Positions 1 to 9,370 of a stretch of DNA of 46,566 bases are shown here, in pieces. The notes under the pieces are model-generated. The model made no database searches and had not been told where the DNA came from. It was given only the letters and a program-made list of their open reading frames with translations. Within the stretch, counting starts at the first letter, position 1. Each line of letters starts with the position of its first letter. The stretch is from the NCBI GenBank assembly GCA_964508365.1, contig CAZDTP010000029.1, forward strand, positions 1 to 46,566. Reading direction: 5' to 3'. The DNA comes from an uncultured archaeon (GTDB lineage Archaea; Asgardarchaeota; Lokiarchaeia; Sigyniarchaeales; SOKP01). A program made the translations under genes and the position numbers.

Positions 1-159
1 GAAAAAAAGGTAAAAGAAAACATCTTAAACTTAGCTCCTGGGGGTAGATATATTTGTTGCCCTGTTTGTAGCTTACCTTGGGGAGTATCTATTCCAAATA
101 TCTTAGCGATTCCAAAAGCAATTGAAAAATATGGAAATTATCCTATAAAAAGGAATTAG
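1..159 (+). CDS. C-terminal fragment of a uroporphyrinogen decarboxylase / MtaA-CmuA methyltransferase family protein (5' end outside window)
   Basis: Frame 1 reads EKKVKENILNLAPGGRYICCPVCSLPWGVSIPNILAIPKAIEKYGNYPIKRN*. This matches the typical URO-D family C-terminus (lapgGryI..p.c.lp..v...Ni.a...a..kyg.YP); compare the end of 27379..28539. Confidence 0.7.
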   Translation, partial: EKKVKENILNLAPGGRYICCPVCSLPWGVSIPNILAIPKAIEKYGNYPIKRN

Positions 160-505
160 AATTTAATATTCATCCAATGGTATCTTCTAATGGTCAACCA
201 AACCCTAATCCCGCACTTATTCTGTTAAATACTCTTTTAGTTTTACCAATTCGACACGAAATTTAAACTTGAATTTATTTTTTTATAATAATGCTTTATT
301 AATGAATTTAGAATAATTTTTTTCTGGTATTAAAAGGATTTTTATTCGATTTTGATTCAAAGCGTGCTTAAATATAAATATATTTAATAAGATTAAATTA
401 TAAATGTTTAAAATACGCTTCTATAAAGAATCTTAACGTTCTATAGTAATTAGAGTCGATTTTAAAGAAAATGAAGTCCCCTATTTTAAAAAACTTCAAA
501 TTTTA

Positions 506-1762
506 TTGAAGCTCGAGCCTACTGATTCAGATAATGAAAGAAGAAAGAAAATTCTTAATTTTTTCATCGTTTGGATCGATACGGTAGTAGTAATAATATG
601 CTTAGCTTCGCTTATAATTATGTTTTTTGGTCTACAACAAGACTACATCGGTGAAATGTTATTCCTTCTTTTAGGTGGCTTAATCTTCTTTATTGCGGCA
701 GGTGTCACATTTTGGATGAATAATGTTTTTACGCGAAACTATGCTAGTTATATTTTCTTGTTATTATTAATACTTATAATAATATTTACTGATACTCCCT
801 TCCAATTAGTTGAAGGTCGTGGCTTGTTAGTATTTGCGTTGCCTATTATAATAACTAGCTTTATTTTGAAACCAATATACAGTTTCAGAATGGCAGGAGT
901 TGTGAGCATCATTATTATTATTATTTCAATTACAATTAATATTGTACCCAATATTTCGGTTATAAGTATCTATTTTATAATAGCTTTAATTGTGTGGTTT
1001 TCAGCAAATAATTTAGAGCGCTCATTAAATTATGCGAAAGAAAGTAAAGTAGAAATGCAAGATGCAAGAAATAAGATAGATATATATCGAGACATATTTT
1101 CACATGATATGCTAAATATCTTTCAAAACATTAGATCTTCAGTTGGTTTGTTGATTGATGCAAGTGAGAAAAATCTGGATGTTAATAAAAGTTTCATTAT
1201 GGAAAATTTAGCAAATCAATCAATAAAGGGTACTGAATTAACAAGAAATGCTAAAAAACTATTTCAAGCTGATTCATTTAATGAAAGTATGCAAACTATT
1301 AACTCCTATGACATATTACTATGTTCTATTGAAAAGATAAAGAAATTTTATTTAAGAAAAAAGATATTTATAGAAGTTGACTCGAAATCAAAAAATTATA
1401 ATCTACTAGGAAATCCCTTGTTAATCAATGTATTTGATAACATTCTCGCAAATGCAGTTGAACATAACCTAAATGATAAGATTGAGATTCATATTAGGAT
1501 ACGTAATATTGAGCAAGATAACGATAGATTCATCAAATTCGAATTTATTGACAACGGTATTGGAATCTCTAACGAAATGAAAAAAATTCTGTTCCAAACT
1601 AATTTAAAAGAACCAGTAGCAGAAAGAAGTATCGGAACTGGTTTATTACTAGCGAACACGATCATTAAAAGCTTTAAAGGTAGTATTTCTGTAGAAGATA
1701 AGATTAAAAACGATCCAAGCAAAGGAAGCAATTTTATAGTAACTATCCCTGAGGTGAGCTAA
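506..1762 (+). CDS. Membrane-bound sensor histidine kinase (TTG start)
   Basis: The N-terminal half has about 6 hydrophobic helices. H-box is IFSHDMLNIFQ, N-box VFDNILANAVEHN, G1 DNGIGI, and G2-like SIGTGLLLA. Confidence 0.9.
   Translation: MKLEPTDSDNERRKKILNFFIVWIDTVVVIICLASLIIMFFGLQQDYIGEMLFLLLGGLIFFIAAGVTFWMNNVFTRNYASYIFLLLLILIIIFTDTPFQLVEGRGLLVFALPIIITSFILKPIYSFRMAGVVSIIIIIISITINIVPNISVISIYFIIALIVWFSANNLERSLNYAKESKVEMQDARNKIDIYRDIFSHDMLNIFQNIRSSVGLLIDASEKNLDVNKSFIMENLANQSIKGTELTRNAKKLFQADSFNESMQTINSYDILLCSIEKIKKFYLRKKIFIEVDSKSKNYNLLGNPLLINVFDNILANAVEHNLNDKIEIHIRIRNIEQDNDRFIKFEFIDNGIGISNEMKKILFQTNLKEPVAERSIGTGLLLANTIIKSFKGSISVEDKIKNDPSKGSNFIVTIPEVS
1751..1757 (+). promoter_or_regulatory. 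Shine-Dalgarno motif GAGGTGA inside the 3' end of the kinase gene, serving the receiver gene
   Basis: The same GAGGTGA motif precedes starts at 17817-17823 (+) and 34189-34195 (-). Here it lies 6 nt before codon 1764. Confidence 0.55.
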
Positions 1763-1763
1763 C

Positions 1764-2132
1764 TTCGCAAGCGTTTTTATTGTAGAAGATGAATCATCAA
1801 TCGCAATGCTCTATGAGGAATTACTGTATGCTTACGGATTCGAAGTATTAGCTGTCGCAAAAAACGGTGAAGAAGCGGTTAATAAATATAAATCCTTTTC
1901 AATTAAACCAGATATTATCATAATGGACCATAGAATGCCAATTAAAACAGGAATTGAAGCAACGGAAGAAATCTTAGAAATTGATAAAAATGCCAAAATC
2001 ATTTTTGCGAGTGCTGATGAAACAGTCAAGCAAATCGCATTGTCGATCGGAGCACTCATCTTTGAGCTAAAACCGTTTGATAATAAAACACTTATTGAAG
2101 ATATTAATATTTTGTTAGGGAGTTCGCAATAG
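1764..2132 (+). CDS. Stand-alone CheY-like response regulator receiver domain; true start uncertain (ORF track uses ATG 1806)
   Basis: The frame upstream of 1806 reads F-ASVFIVEDESSIAMLYEELL (beta1 plus acidic pair). It also contains DIIIMDHRMP (phospho-Asp), FASAD and LKPF. Confidence 0.85.
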   Translation, partial: FASVFIVEDESSIAMLYEELLYAYGFEVLAVAKNGEEAVNKYKSFSIKPDIIIMDHRMPIKTGIEATEEILEIDKNAKIIFASADETVKQIALSIGALIFELKPFDNKTLIEDINILLGSSQ

Positions 2133-2234
2133 TATCGATAAGTTTCTTATTCTTTTGTTTTGACATAAAACAACAGATTTCTGAACAAAAGTAAGATTAG
2201 AAACTTTCAAAAGTTAACAAATTTTTAACTATTC

Positions 2235-2915
2235 ATGGGGAATTTTGATAAATATCTACAACCTACCGAATTTTTTGATTTTAATAAAAAATTTGTAAGA
2301 GAAAAAGCTTTTGAGATTGCCGAAGGTTTAGAAACTGATAATGAAAAAGCAAAGGCACTTTTTTATTGGGTAAGGGATCAGATTAAATATAATATGCACA
2401 CATACATTCCATCCATAAAAGCTAATTTTAAAGCAAGCGTAACTTTAAGACGAAAGAATGGTTTCTGCATATCTAAATCTGTCCTGCTATCTTCTTTTGC
2501 TCGAGCAGTAGGAATCCCCGCGCGGATTCATTTAGTCGATTTGATAAATCACAAAATATCTCAAAAAATCATAGATTTTATGGAAACCAATGTGATGCAC
2601 TACCATGGGTATAGCGAACTTTACCTTAATGATAAATGGGTAAAATTAACCCCTTCGTTTGACAAAGGAACTGCAATAAAAGGAGGATTCATTCCTATGG
2701 TTGAATTTGACGGCGAGAACGATGCCGTATTCGCTACTTATGACAACGAAGGAAGAAAATTTGGAGAATACGTCCAAGATAGGGGAGTACACGCAGATTT
2801 ACCTCTTGATGTTATCGAAAAGGTGTTTTATGAAAAGTATCCAAAATTTTATAGTTTTATTAAAGATGGAAAGATTGAACGTGTAAATGATAAAACACTT
2901 ACCTATAAAAGATAA
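2235..2915 (+). CDS. Transglutaminase-like cysteine protease domain protein
   Basis: ALFYWVRDQIKY, GFCISKS (catalytic Cys), RAVGIPARI and HGYSELYLNDKWV (catalytic His) are all present. Confidence 0.85.
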   Translation: MGNFDKYLQPTEFFDFNKKFVREKAFEIAEGLETDNEKAKALFYWVRDQIKYNMHTYIPSIKANFKASVTLRRKNGFCISKSVLLSSFARAVGIPARIHLVDLINHKISQKIIDFMETNVMHYHGYSELYLNDKWVKLTPSFDKGTAIKGGFIPMVEFDGENDAVFATYDNEGRKFGEYVQDRGVHADLPLDVIEKVFYEKYPKFYSFIKDGKIERVNDKTLTYKR

Positions 2916-2922
2916 GCTAATT

Positions 2923-3846
2923 CTAACTAAAATAGCTTTCTTTTAAACCTAATTCTCGTAAATATATCTTATATTTGCCCAATATACCCCCGTAATTTCC
3001 AGCAGAAATCTTAAGCAATCCATCTATGTCAGAAATACCTTCTATAGTCTTCTGCATTGCTAATTTTACATCATTAAGGTTAATTCCGTTAAATACAATC
3101 TCTGGTATTGATTTTACTTCTGCTGGGACTTGAAACTCCTCTGAAGATAGTTTATCTTTGAGCGAAGGGCAAAATGGATGATTTGTTGATGGACCAATTT
3201 CGGGATACTTAGCATCAGGGGGAACAGGTTTTGAACCTGCAGAACATACATCAAAAGTAGTACATACATTATCGAGTTCAGCCAGTATTTTTACTGCCTT
3301 TCTTCCAATCTTAATTCCAGATTCAATTGAGTCACAAAATAACCACAAATTCCCTCCCATAACGCCTTTAGCGTAAGAGATGTTTTCTTCAATTGTGAAA
3401 TCGTAACCCATCATGATTGGGATGTTAATCAATTTTCGATTAAATTTTTCGACTTTCCACTCGTATCCATCACCACAGTGACCCACATTATCCATCATAT
3501 TAAATTTTAACTCTGTTATTTCTGGATAATAATCAAAAACTGCAGTTGTTGGAACGACAAGAATACCTTGTCTTACTCTACGACCTAATTGATCGTAAAA
3601 CTTAGCAGTAGCTTTCTTACCTGTTCCTGTAACCCATAGTTGAACGATTGCTCCCAGCCTTCCATCGAAAGATTCTTTTTCTGTAAGCCATCGAACAATT
3701 CCACCCTCTGCATCTCCGAAAACAGTTGAAGGAAGTGCAGTAAATGCGTTTACGGCTCTAGTTAAGAACTCTGCGTCTTGTGCAGTGACCATTAATTGGA
3801 CAACTAATCCTTCAAAAGCTTCACAATAAGTATCCTCGACTTCCAT
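2923..3846 (-). CDS. ftr: Formylmethanofuran:tetrahydromethanopterin formyltransferase
   Basis: Ftr signature segments: EDTYCEAF, R(V)RQGILVVPTTAVF, GVMGGNLW, SAGSK, GPSTNHPFCPSL, EIVFNG, ISAGNYGGILGKYKIYL. Confidence 0.95.
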   Translation of the reverse strand: MEVEDTYCEAFEGLVVQLMVTAQDAEFLTRAVNAFTALPSTVFGDAEGGIVRWLTEKESFDGRLGAIVQLWVTGTGKKATAKFYDQLGRRVRQGILVVPTTAVFDYYPEITELKFNMMDNVGHCGDGYEWKVEKFNRKLINIPIMMGYDFTIEENISYAKGVMGGNLWLFCDSIESGIKIGRKAVKILAELDNVCTTFDVCSAGSKPVPPDAKYPEIGPSTNHPFCPSLKDKLSSEEFQVPAEVKSIPEIVFNGINLNDVKLAMQKTIEGISDIDGLLKISAGNYGGILGKYKIYLRELGLKESYFS

Positions 3847-3983
3847 TATTCATCCCTTGTTTCTTATAATAAATAATATTCAATTGATAATACATGAATT
3901 ATTTGGATCAAATAAAAATATAAAATTAAAAACTTATTACCTAGTAATTAATAATAGTTTTATTCTATAAACAACTTCAAAGA

Positions 3984-4916
3984 ATGATTATTATGCCCGT
4001 CGGAATATATCTCTACGAGATTGACCAATCGTTTGGACCAAATATACTAGCAGAATATTATCTTGCTCAAGATAATAAAGTTTCTAATGATACTTTAAAA
4101 GAATTTGAAGAAAAACACATTCAAAAAGAATTTTTAAATACGATTTATTGGAGAGAAGATTTAAGGTATTATTCATCTAAAATTAACGCTTCTTCTATAG
4201 AAAGAGATAATCTGTTCTTAGGCTTCGTACTTAAGCAAGATGAGGATTTAGTTACGTCCAAGAGTATACTGGAAAACATCGCAGAAAAGGTTGTTGAAGG
4301 TTTTTCAGAAGATAAAGCTAAGCTTGAATCAATTTTACAAAAAGAATTTGATTCCATCTTCACTTTAATGGAAAAATTAAAAGAGCCTGCTATGATCAAA
4401 GAAACAATCAACAACAAGACAAAAAAAATGCTAGATGATGGAAACTTACAAGAGGCTAGAGAATTGATTAATTTGGGAGAAGATATCCCAGAAAAGTTAG
4501 CTGAAGAAATTAAAATGGCTGAGCAGTTATTAGAAAACAAGTTTTATAAGAAAGCTAAAAAGAGTTTTCTTAAAGCAGCAGAGTTAGCAGACATTATTCA
4601 AGAAAACGACATTGTTTCGTTTTTAATAAATAAAGCTGAACAGGTCGGAAAATTACCAGATTTAATTAAACAACACGAATCCTTAATGAAAGATGTGGAG
4701 TCAACTACTGAGGAGTTAAAAAATAACAAACTTCATTTATACCATGAGTTAATTAGACCAATTGAATCGTTAATAAACATATCTAATTCTTTTGAGCAAC
4801 ATGAATTAACAACTAAATTAACTGAATTATTAAACTGCTTTAAAAGAGCTGATCAATTAGCAAAAGAATTGTTTAGCTTAGATACAAAATTAAACGAGAA
4901 AATAACTAATTTATAA
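3984..4916 (+). CDS. Hypothetical protein with a longin/uDENN-like N-terminal domain and a helical (TPR-like) C-terminal region
   Basis: The N-terminus GIYLYEIDQSFGPNILAEYY...YYSSK...FLGFVL resembles a longin beta-beta-alpha pattern with the 'GP' motif. The C-terminus has amphipathic helical repeats (KKAKKSFLKAAELA). The fold call is by eye. Confidence 0.45.
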   Translation: MIIMPVGIYLYEIDQSFGPNILAEYYLAQDNKVSNDTLKEFEEKHIQKEFLNTIYWREDLRYYSSKINASSIERDNLFLGFVLKQDEDLVTSKSILENIAEKVVEGFSEDKAKLESILQKEFDSIFTLMEKLKEPAMIKETINNKTKKMLDDGNLQEARELINLGEDIPEKLAEEIKMAEQLLENKFYKKAKKSFLKAAELADIIQENDIVSFLINKAEQVGKLPDLIKQHESLMKDVESTTEELKNNKLHLYHELIRPIESLINISNSFEQHELTTKLTELLNCFKRADQLAKELFSLDTKLNEKITNL

Positions 4917-4964
4917 AAAAATTTCTTATTAACTTGATGTTAATCATATTATTATTTATTTTAT

Positions 4965-6773
4965 TTACTCTAATGGTTCTTCGGGCTCAAGTGGAATGTA
5001 TTCCCCAATATCTGTAAAAATAATTCTAGCTATCTCCCAACCCTCTTTGGATGGATAAGTTAACGCGTTAGATATAAGAGACTCACCAGTTTCATTAGTC
5101 AACTCTACTTTGTGAATAGTAGTATTGTTCTGTAAAATCATCTCAAATTTAGCACCGCTACTTCCCGTAGGAACTATTAAAATGGCTGAATCTATCGCTT
5201 TTTCATCAATAGCATCCTTCAATCTTTTCGCAGCGTAATACCCTGCGACACCAGCGCTTCTATCGAATGTTTTTATAGAAGGGATCTCCAGTCCCCATTT
5301 CTTCCCCTCAAATTCGATTAAAGCGGCTAATGTTTGGCTCCGTTTTCCTATCATGAATTTATATTCTATTTGGGTGTTGAATTTCTTCTCTTTAGACTCC
5401 CCAACTTTTATAATACTTTTTAGGGATGCTCCAGCAACTGATGAAGGATTAACATCTATTATATATTCTTCCTCTGCTAAAATTTCCTCTATAGTTTTCT
5501 TTATAATCTCTCTTGGCTTTGAAAAGTCTATAATTTCTTCTTCCTTTTCTCCCGTTGGCGGTTTAGCAGTTGCCACAATTTCCGCACCTGCTTCTAACAA
5601 CTCTTCTACGCTCATTTCCTCCATAACAACTTTGTCAATAAACCTTCTACAAAGTTTAATTGAGTTTCTTGGGTTTCCTTGCGTTTTTTCATAAATCATT
5701 TCAATAAGCTTTTCGTTCAAAGGAAATAATGGGTATAATGGAGGATTAAGGTTGTTATCTTCCCAGAATGCTTCCATAGACTTGCTAAAAAAGATTTTCA
5801 AGTCGTTTAAACTAAATGGCTTCAATTCTTGTTCTGGCTCCATTCGAGATCGTAAAGGCGGATCGGCGATTTCCAATATTCTCGGCCAAATTTCTTTTAA
5901 GACAGCTATTATGATGACTAAACCTTTAACTTCGTTATATAACCTTTTAAGTATTTCAAGGAATTTTCTTTCAGCCACTTCTCCAAGCATACGATACGGG
6001 GATTCTAATTCGTCGAAATAAAGGATTAGAACTCTATCTAAATTTTCAGTTATTATTTTAATCATAGCAAGGCAGACATCGTCTTCTTCAACAACAGAAT
6101 TTATTCCAAGTTCACTTAGTTCTTCTGGATCTAGATCTTCTCCAAGCAACCATCTTTCTGCTAACGCTTTCTTATTTTTATCTAACTGATAAGTGACTAA
6201 AGCCTTCACGCAATCTGCGAAAATGCCAGGGAATTCTCTAATACCCTTTTGAATAACTTCTTCGATCTTAGGTTTTTGAAAGATACCGCCTTTTTTTCCT
6301 CCCCACTTTTCTCTGACTAATCTTTCTGAGACAATATCGAGGATTTCTGGGCCTACATCTTCGATAATGCATGTATAAACATGTAATAGGACTCTAATAG
6401 ATGCAGGTGGGCTGGGAACATAAATAATCGTCCAATCGGCTGGTTCAAGTTGGTTTACATCAATATCTTCTGCTTCTGTACCACCTTCTAGTTTTTTTCT
6501 ATTTTCTCTCTCCTTATCTTTAAATGAATGATAAGCATGAGTTTTTCCAGTTCCCGCGGACCCTAGGATGGGAATTAATCGAGCTGATCGATCTCTATAA
6601 GTTTGACGTACCAACCTATAAACTTCTCTGTCGATATAGCTTCTTGGGCGTGATATATCGATTTTATCAGGTATATCCCCTCTACTCACGAAATTAGAAA
6701 AAGGTAGAATGGGTGCTTCACGCAATACATCCAGATACATTTCCTTATCATCATCTGAGAGTTCTGAATACAT
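4965..6773 (-). CDS. AAA+-type P-loop ATPase of unknown function with an extra C-terminal alpha/beta domain
   Basis: Walker A is ILGSAGTGKT, Walker B ILYFDELE, the arginine-finger-like segment LRSR and the sensor-2-like segment GNPRNSIKLC. Confidence 0.8.
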   Translation of the reverse strand: MYSELSDDDKEMYLDVLREAPILPFSNFVSRGDIPDKIDISRPRSYIDREVYRLVRQTYRDRSARLIPILGSAGTGKTHAYHSFKDKERENRKKLEGGTEAEDIDVNQLEPADWTIIYVPSPPASIRVLLHVYTCIIEDVGPEILDIVSERLVREKWGGKKGGIFQKPKIEEVIQKGIREFPGIFADCVKALVTYQLDKNKKALAERWLLGEDLDPEELSELGINSVVEEDDVCLAMIKIITENLDRVLILYFDELESPYRMLGEVAERKFLEILKRLYNEVKGLVIIIAVLKEIWPRILEIADPPLRSRMEPEQELKPFSLNDLKIFFSKSMEAFWEDNNLNPPLYPLFPLNEKLIEMIYEKTQGNPRNSIKLCRRFIDKVVMEEMSVEELLEAGAEIVATAKPPTGEKEEEIIDFSKPREIIKKTIEEILAEEEYIIDVNPSSVAGASLKSIIKVGESKEKKFNTQIEYKFMIGKRSQTLAALIEFEGKKWGLEIPSIKTFDRSAGVAGYYAAKRLKDAIDEKAIDSAILIVPTGSSGAKFEMILQNNTTIHKVELTNETGESLISNALTYPSKEGWEIARIIFTDIGEYIPLEPEEPLE

Positions 6774-6840
6774 ATAAATTCCCTCTACTTAATTGTTTTT
6801 AATATATTTTGATTTTAAATAACAAACTTTTTAGTTGGAA

Positions 6841-6857
6841 TAAGTTTATTAAACTTA
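6841..6857. promoter_or_regulatory. Perfect 8-1-8 inverted repeat TAAGTTTA-T-TAAACTTA in the divergent ATPase/hsp20 intergenic region
   Basis: The repeat is read directly from the sequence; an operator function is inferred. Confidence 0.35.
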
Positions 6858-6975
6858 ACAATTTTTTCTAGAATAAAAGCTATTATATTTTTTGCTTTAG
6901 TATTTATATTTAAATTTATATTTAAAAATTTAAGTGTAATTAATATCTAGATATATTTTACAAGGAAGTGATAAA

Positions 6976-7620
6976 ATGTCGGATAAAGACGATTATGATG
7001 ATGAAGACGAGGAAGATAATGAAGATGAAAATGTAAATATATTCGATGTATTCAAGGGTTTTGGTGATCCTAACAAACTTTTTAAAAATTTCGACCCCGC
7101 TAAACTAATTAATTCGAAAGAATTTCAAAAAACATTTAAAGAAATGTTTAAACAGCTTGCCAACAAATTACCTAAAGAATTACAAGGACTCTCACCCGAA
7201 GAGATTACTAGAGAATTTATGAAAAAAGGACCGATCATGTATGGCTTCAATATAGGTTTCGGTCCAGATGGAAAACCAATAATGGGTTCATTTGGGAATA
7301 TAGAAAAAGAACCAATCTCTGGCGAAACGAAAGTAAAGAAGAACAGGGAACCTTTAGTAGAAGTAAACGAGCAAGAGGATTATATTATTATCATTGCTGA
7401 AATGCCAGGAGTTAACAAAGAAGACATCCAATTGAATGCTACTAATAGATCTATTACGATTTCTACACAAAAAATTGTTTCGGGGAGAACATATTTTAAA
7501 GAAATCGATTTACCCGCAGTAATTAACCAAGATTACGCAAAAGCTCGGTACACTAATGGGATTCTAGAAGTTCGGTTGAAAAAGATTAAAGAAAAAGGAA
7601 AACCTATTGATATAGAGTAA
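6976..7620 (+). CDS. hsp20: Archaeal small heat shock protein (Hsp20/alpha-crystallin family)
   Basis: GPIMYGFNIGFGPDGKP, REPLVEV, AEMPGVNKEDI and ARYTNGILEV match the archaeal Hsp20 pattern. The N-terminal tail is acidic. Confidence 0.92.
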   Translation: MSDKDDYDDEDEEDNEDENVNIFDVFKGFGDPNKLFKNFDPAKLINSKEFQKTFKEMFKQLANKLPKELQGLSPEEITREFMKKGPIMYGFNIGFGPDGKPIMGSFGNIEKEPISGETKVKKNREPLVEVNEQEDYIIIIAEMPGVNKEDIQLNATNRSITISTQKIVSGRTYFKEIDLPAVINQDYAKARYTNGILEVRLKKIKEKGKPIDIE

Positions 7621-7666
7621 AAAATCTGAATATCAAATTTTCTTCCTAAAACTATAACAAATAGAT

Positions 7667-7686
7667 CGTGAAACGCCAATTTCACG
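7667..7686. terminator. Hairpin CGTGAAA-CGCCAA-TTTCACG between convergent hsp20 and DHH genes
   Basis: A 7-bp perfect stem with a 6-nt loop in a convergent intergenic region; function is inferred. Confidence 0.3.
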
Positions 7687-7747
7687 TACTTTTGTATATT
7701 GAATAGTATTACTTCTGACTATCTCTAAATATTACGTTTAACATTTA

Positions 7748-8698
7748 CTAACTAAATTTACTAATATTCTTTTTTATATCTCCAATGAAAAATTCTGTAA
7801 GTACATTAGGGTTGTCGAAAATATATGCGTATTTAAAGCCTGCTCTTTCTTTATGTCCTCCTCCTTTAAATTCCTTAGCAAACTCTCGACAATTAAGGAA
7901 ATCGCTGTGAATTATAATTTCGTTATATCTTGAGTCGATTCCAATAAAAACCTTCGCATAGGGGTATTTCTGTTTTATTAACTTCGTAATTTTACCGCCC
8001 CCTAACTTAGCCCACGAGATAACAACATCTCCAAAGGGTTCTAAAGAAATTATTATTGCCTGTCCTAGCGCAAATGCTGACTCTTCTTCGAGCCACTTTT
8101 TTAAAGATTCTAATTGAGCTTTAAACCATTTATTTTCAAAATCACCCTCAGATAATAATTTGACCACTCTGTGTTTATTGTGATCGTTATGAGTCCCTCT
8201 ATTAAAGCTGATAATTGATTGGAAATTTGAAGCTATCTCGAATAATTCAGTCCTGAAATCTGTATCTCTGGCAAATTTAGCGATGCTATCCGATATCACA
8301 TCGTTTGGCAAATAGTAATCTCTAACAATTTCCGCTGCACATCTTTCGGGGTCGTTTATATATGTATGAATTAAGTTTCTCAATCTATCTTTTATCAAAT
8401 CATCAACTATGTGATGATCGAACCACGATATTTTACACCCTCGCTTTTTCGCAGTTTCAAAAGAGGAAAATAATACTTCAAAAGAGTCGTTAAAACCTAT
8501 ATCAGAGATTATTAATTGCGAAGGAATTTTATCAGTTTCTAAAATTGATTGAATTTTTTCAACGAAATCAACATATGTAGCGAATTTATAGATTATTTGC
8601 GTTTTTTGGTGTTCCGGTAATAGATCAAAATAACGTTTAATTATTGCTTGTGAACCAATTCCGTCGAGATCATGTTCATGGGTAATTGAGACAATCAT
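7748..8698 (-). CDS. DHH family phosphoesterase with DHHA1 domain
   Basis: Motifs THEHDLDG, ISDIG, WFDHH and C-terminal GGGHKERAG. Confidence 0.9.
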   Translation of the reverse strand: MIVSITHEHDLDGIGSQAIIKRYFDLLPEHQKTQIIYKFATYVDFVEKIQSILETDKIPSQLIISDIGFNDSFEVLFSSFETAKKRGCKISWFDHHIVDDLIKDRLRNLIHTYINDPERCAAEIVRDYYLPNDVISDSIAKFARDTDFRTELFEIASNFQSIISFNRGTHNDHNKHRVVKLLSEGDFENKWFKAQLESLKKWLEEESAFALGQAIIISLEPFGDVVISWAKLGGGKITKLIKQKYPYAKVFIGIDSRYNEIIIHSDFLNCREFAKEFKGGGHKERAGFKYAYIFDNPNVLTEFFIGDIKKNISKFS

Positions 8699-8765
8699 TT
8701 TGAAGTTAAATACCTCTTAAAATTAATTAAAGTAGAAGAGTATTTCTGTTTTTTGAATTCCCATT

Positions 8766-9218
8766 TTAGAATAAATCTAGATATGGCTCAACTTTTTCTT
8801 TGTTTCCGTTGTTGCTTATGAATTCTAAGATTTTTTTAGCCAGTTCTTTTTTTTTCTCGTAATAAATTTTCATAAATTCTTCTCTTGTTTTATTGGGGTA
8901 TCTTATTTGTAACGCAGGATCTCTCCTTGAACATCCCCCTTTTCTCATACAACAATATGAAATTGATCCAAAACACACGATATCAGAGTCCCAGCCATTT
9001 TCTCTTGAAAAATCTTCTTTAATTCTAATAAAATCCTCTGGACTTAGTTCTAAATCTTTTAAAGTTTCATCCCGCTTACATTTAAAGCCAAAAGTAAGAG
9101 AGTACCCTGGTTTACAGCAAAAAGTTAGACCGCGATAATCAGCATCCATGCATATATGGATTGGAGCATTTTTCCATCCTGGCAAATCTCTAAGCTTCTC
9201 TGGATCTAAATCAACCAT
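8766..9218 (-). CDS. Cys-rich protein resembling the methanogenesis marker 9 domain
   Basis: WKNAPIHIC...DYRGLTFCCKP...C.RD...CFGSISYCC...C.RRD contains 8 Cys, including two [FY]CC motifs as in the marker 9 domain. Confidence 0.75.
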   Translation of the reverse strand: MVDLDPEKLRDLPGWKNAPIHICMDADYRGLTFCCKPGYSLTFGFKCKRDETLKDLELSPEDFIRIKEDFSRENGWDSDIVCFGSISYCCMRKGGCSRRDPALQIRYPNKTREEFMKIYYEKKKELAKKILEFISNNGNKEKVEPYLDLF

Positions 9219-9370
9219 AGTCTAACCCTAAAACCTATTCTTAAACTGCTGAGTAAAATTCACTAAAAGATATTAAATTTATTGTTTCTAGGGTAAAATA
9301 AGACACCCTAAAGCAAATAAATTGAAATTATGAAATATAAGAGGGCCCGATGCGAGAATTGAACTCGCCT

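Noticed and set aside
166-262. Minus-strand peptide-like stretch ISCRIGKTKRVFNRISAGLGFG*PLEDTIG*
   Set aside because: It is short, interrupted by stops, has no start codon and matches no family I can name; it may be a decayed fragment.
9289-9310. Hairpin TAGGGT-N10-ACCCTA downstream of the tRNA
   Set aside because: It has only a 6-bp stem; a trailer or terminator role is possible but unsupported, and it is not an additional tRNA piece.
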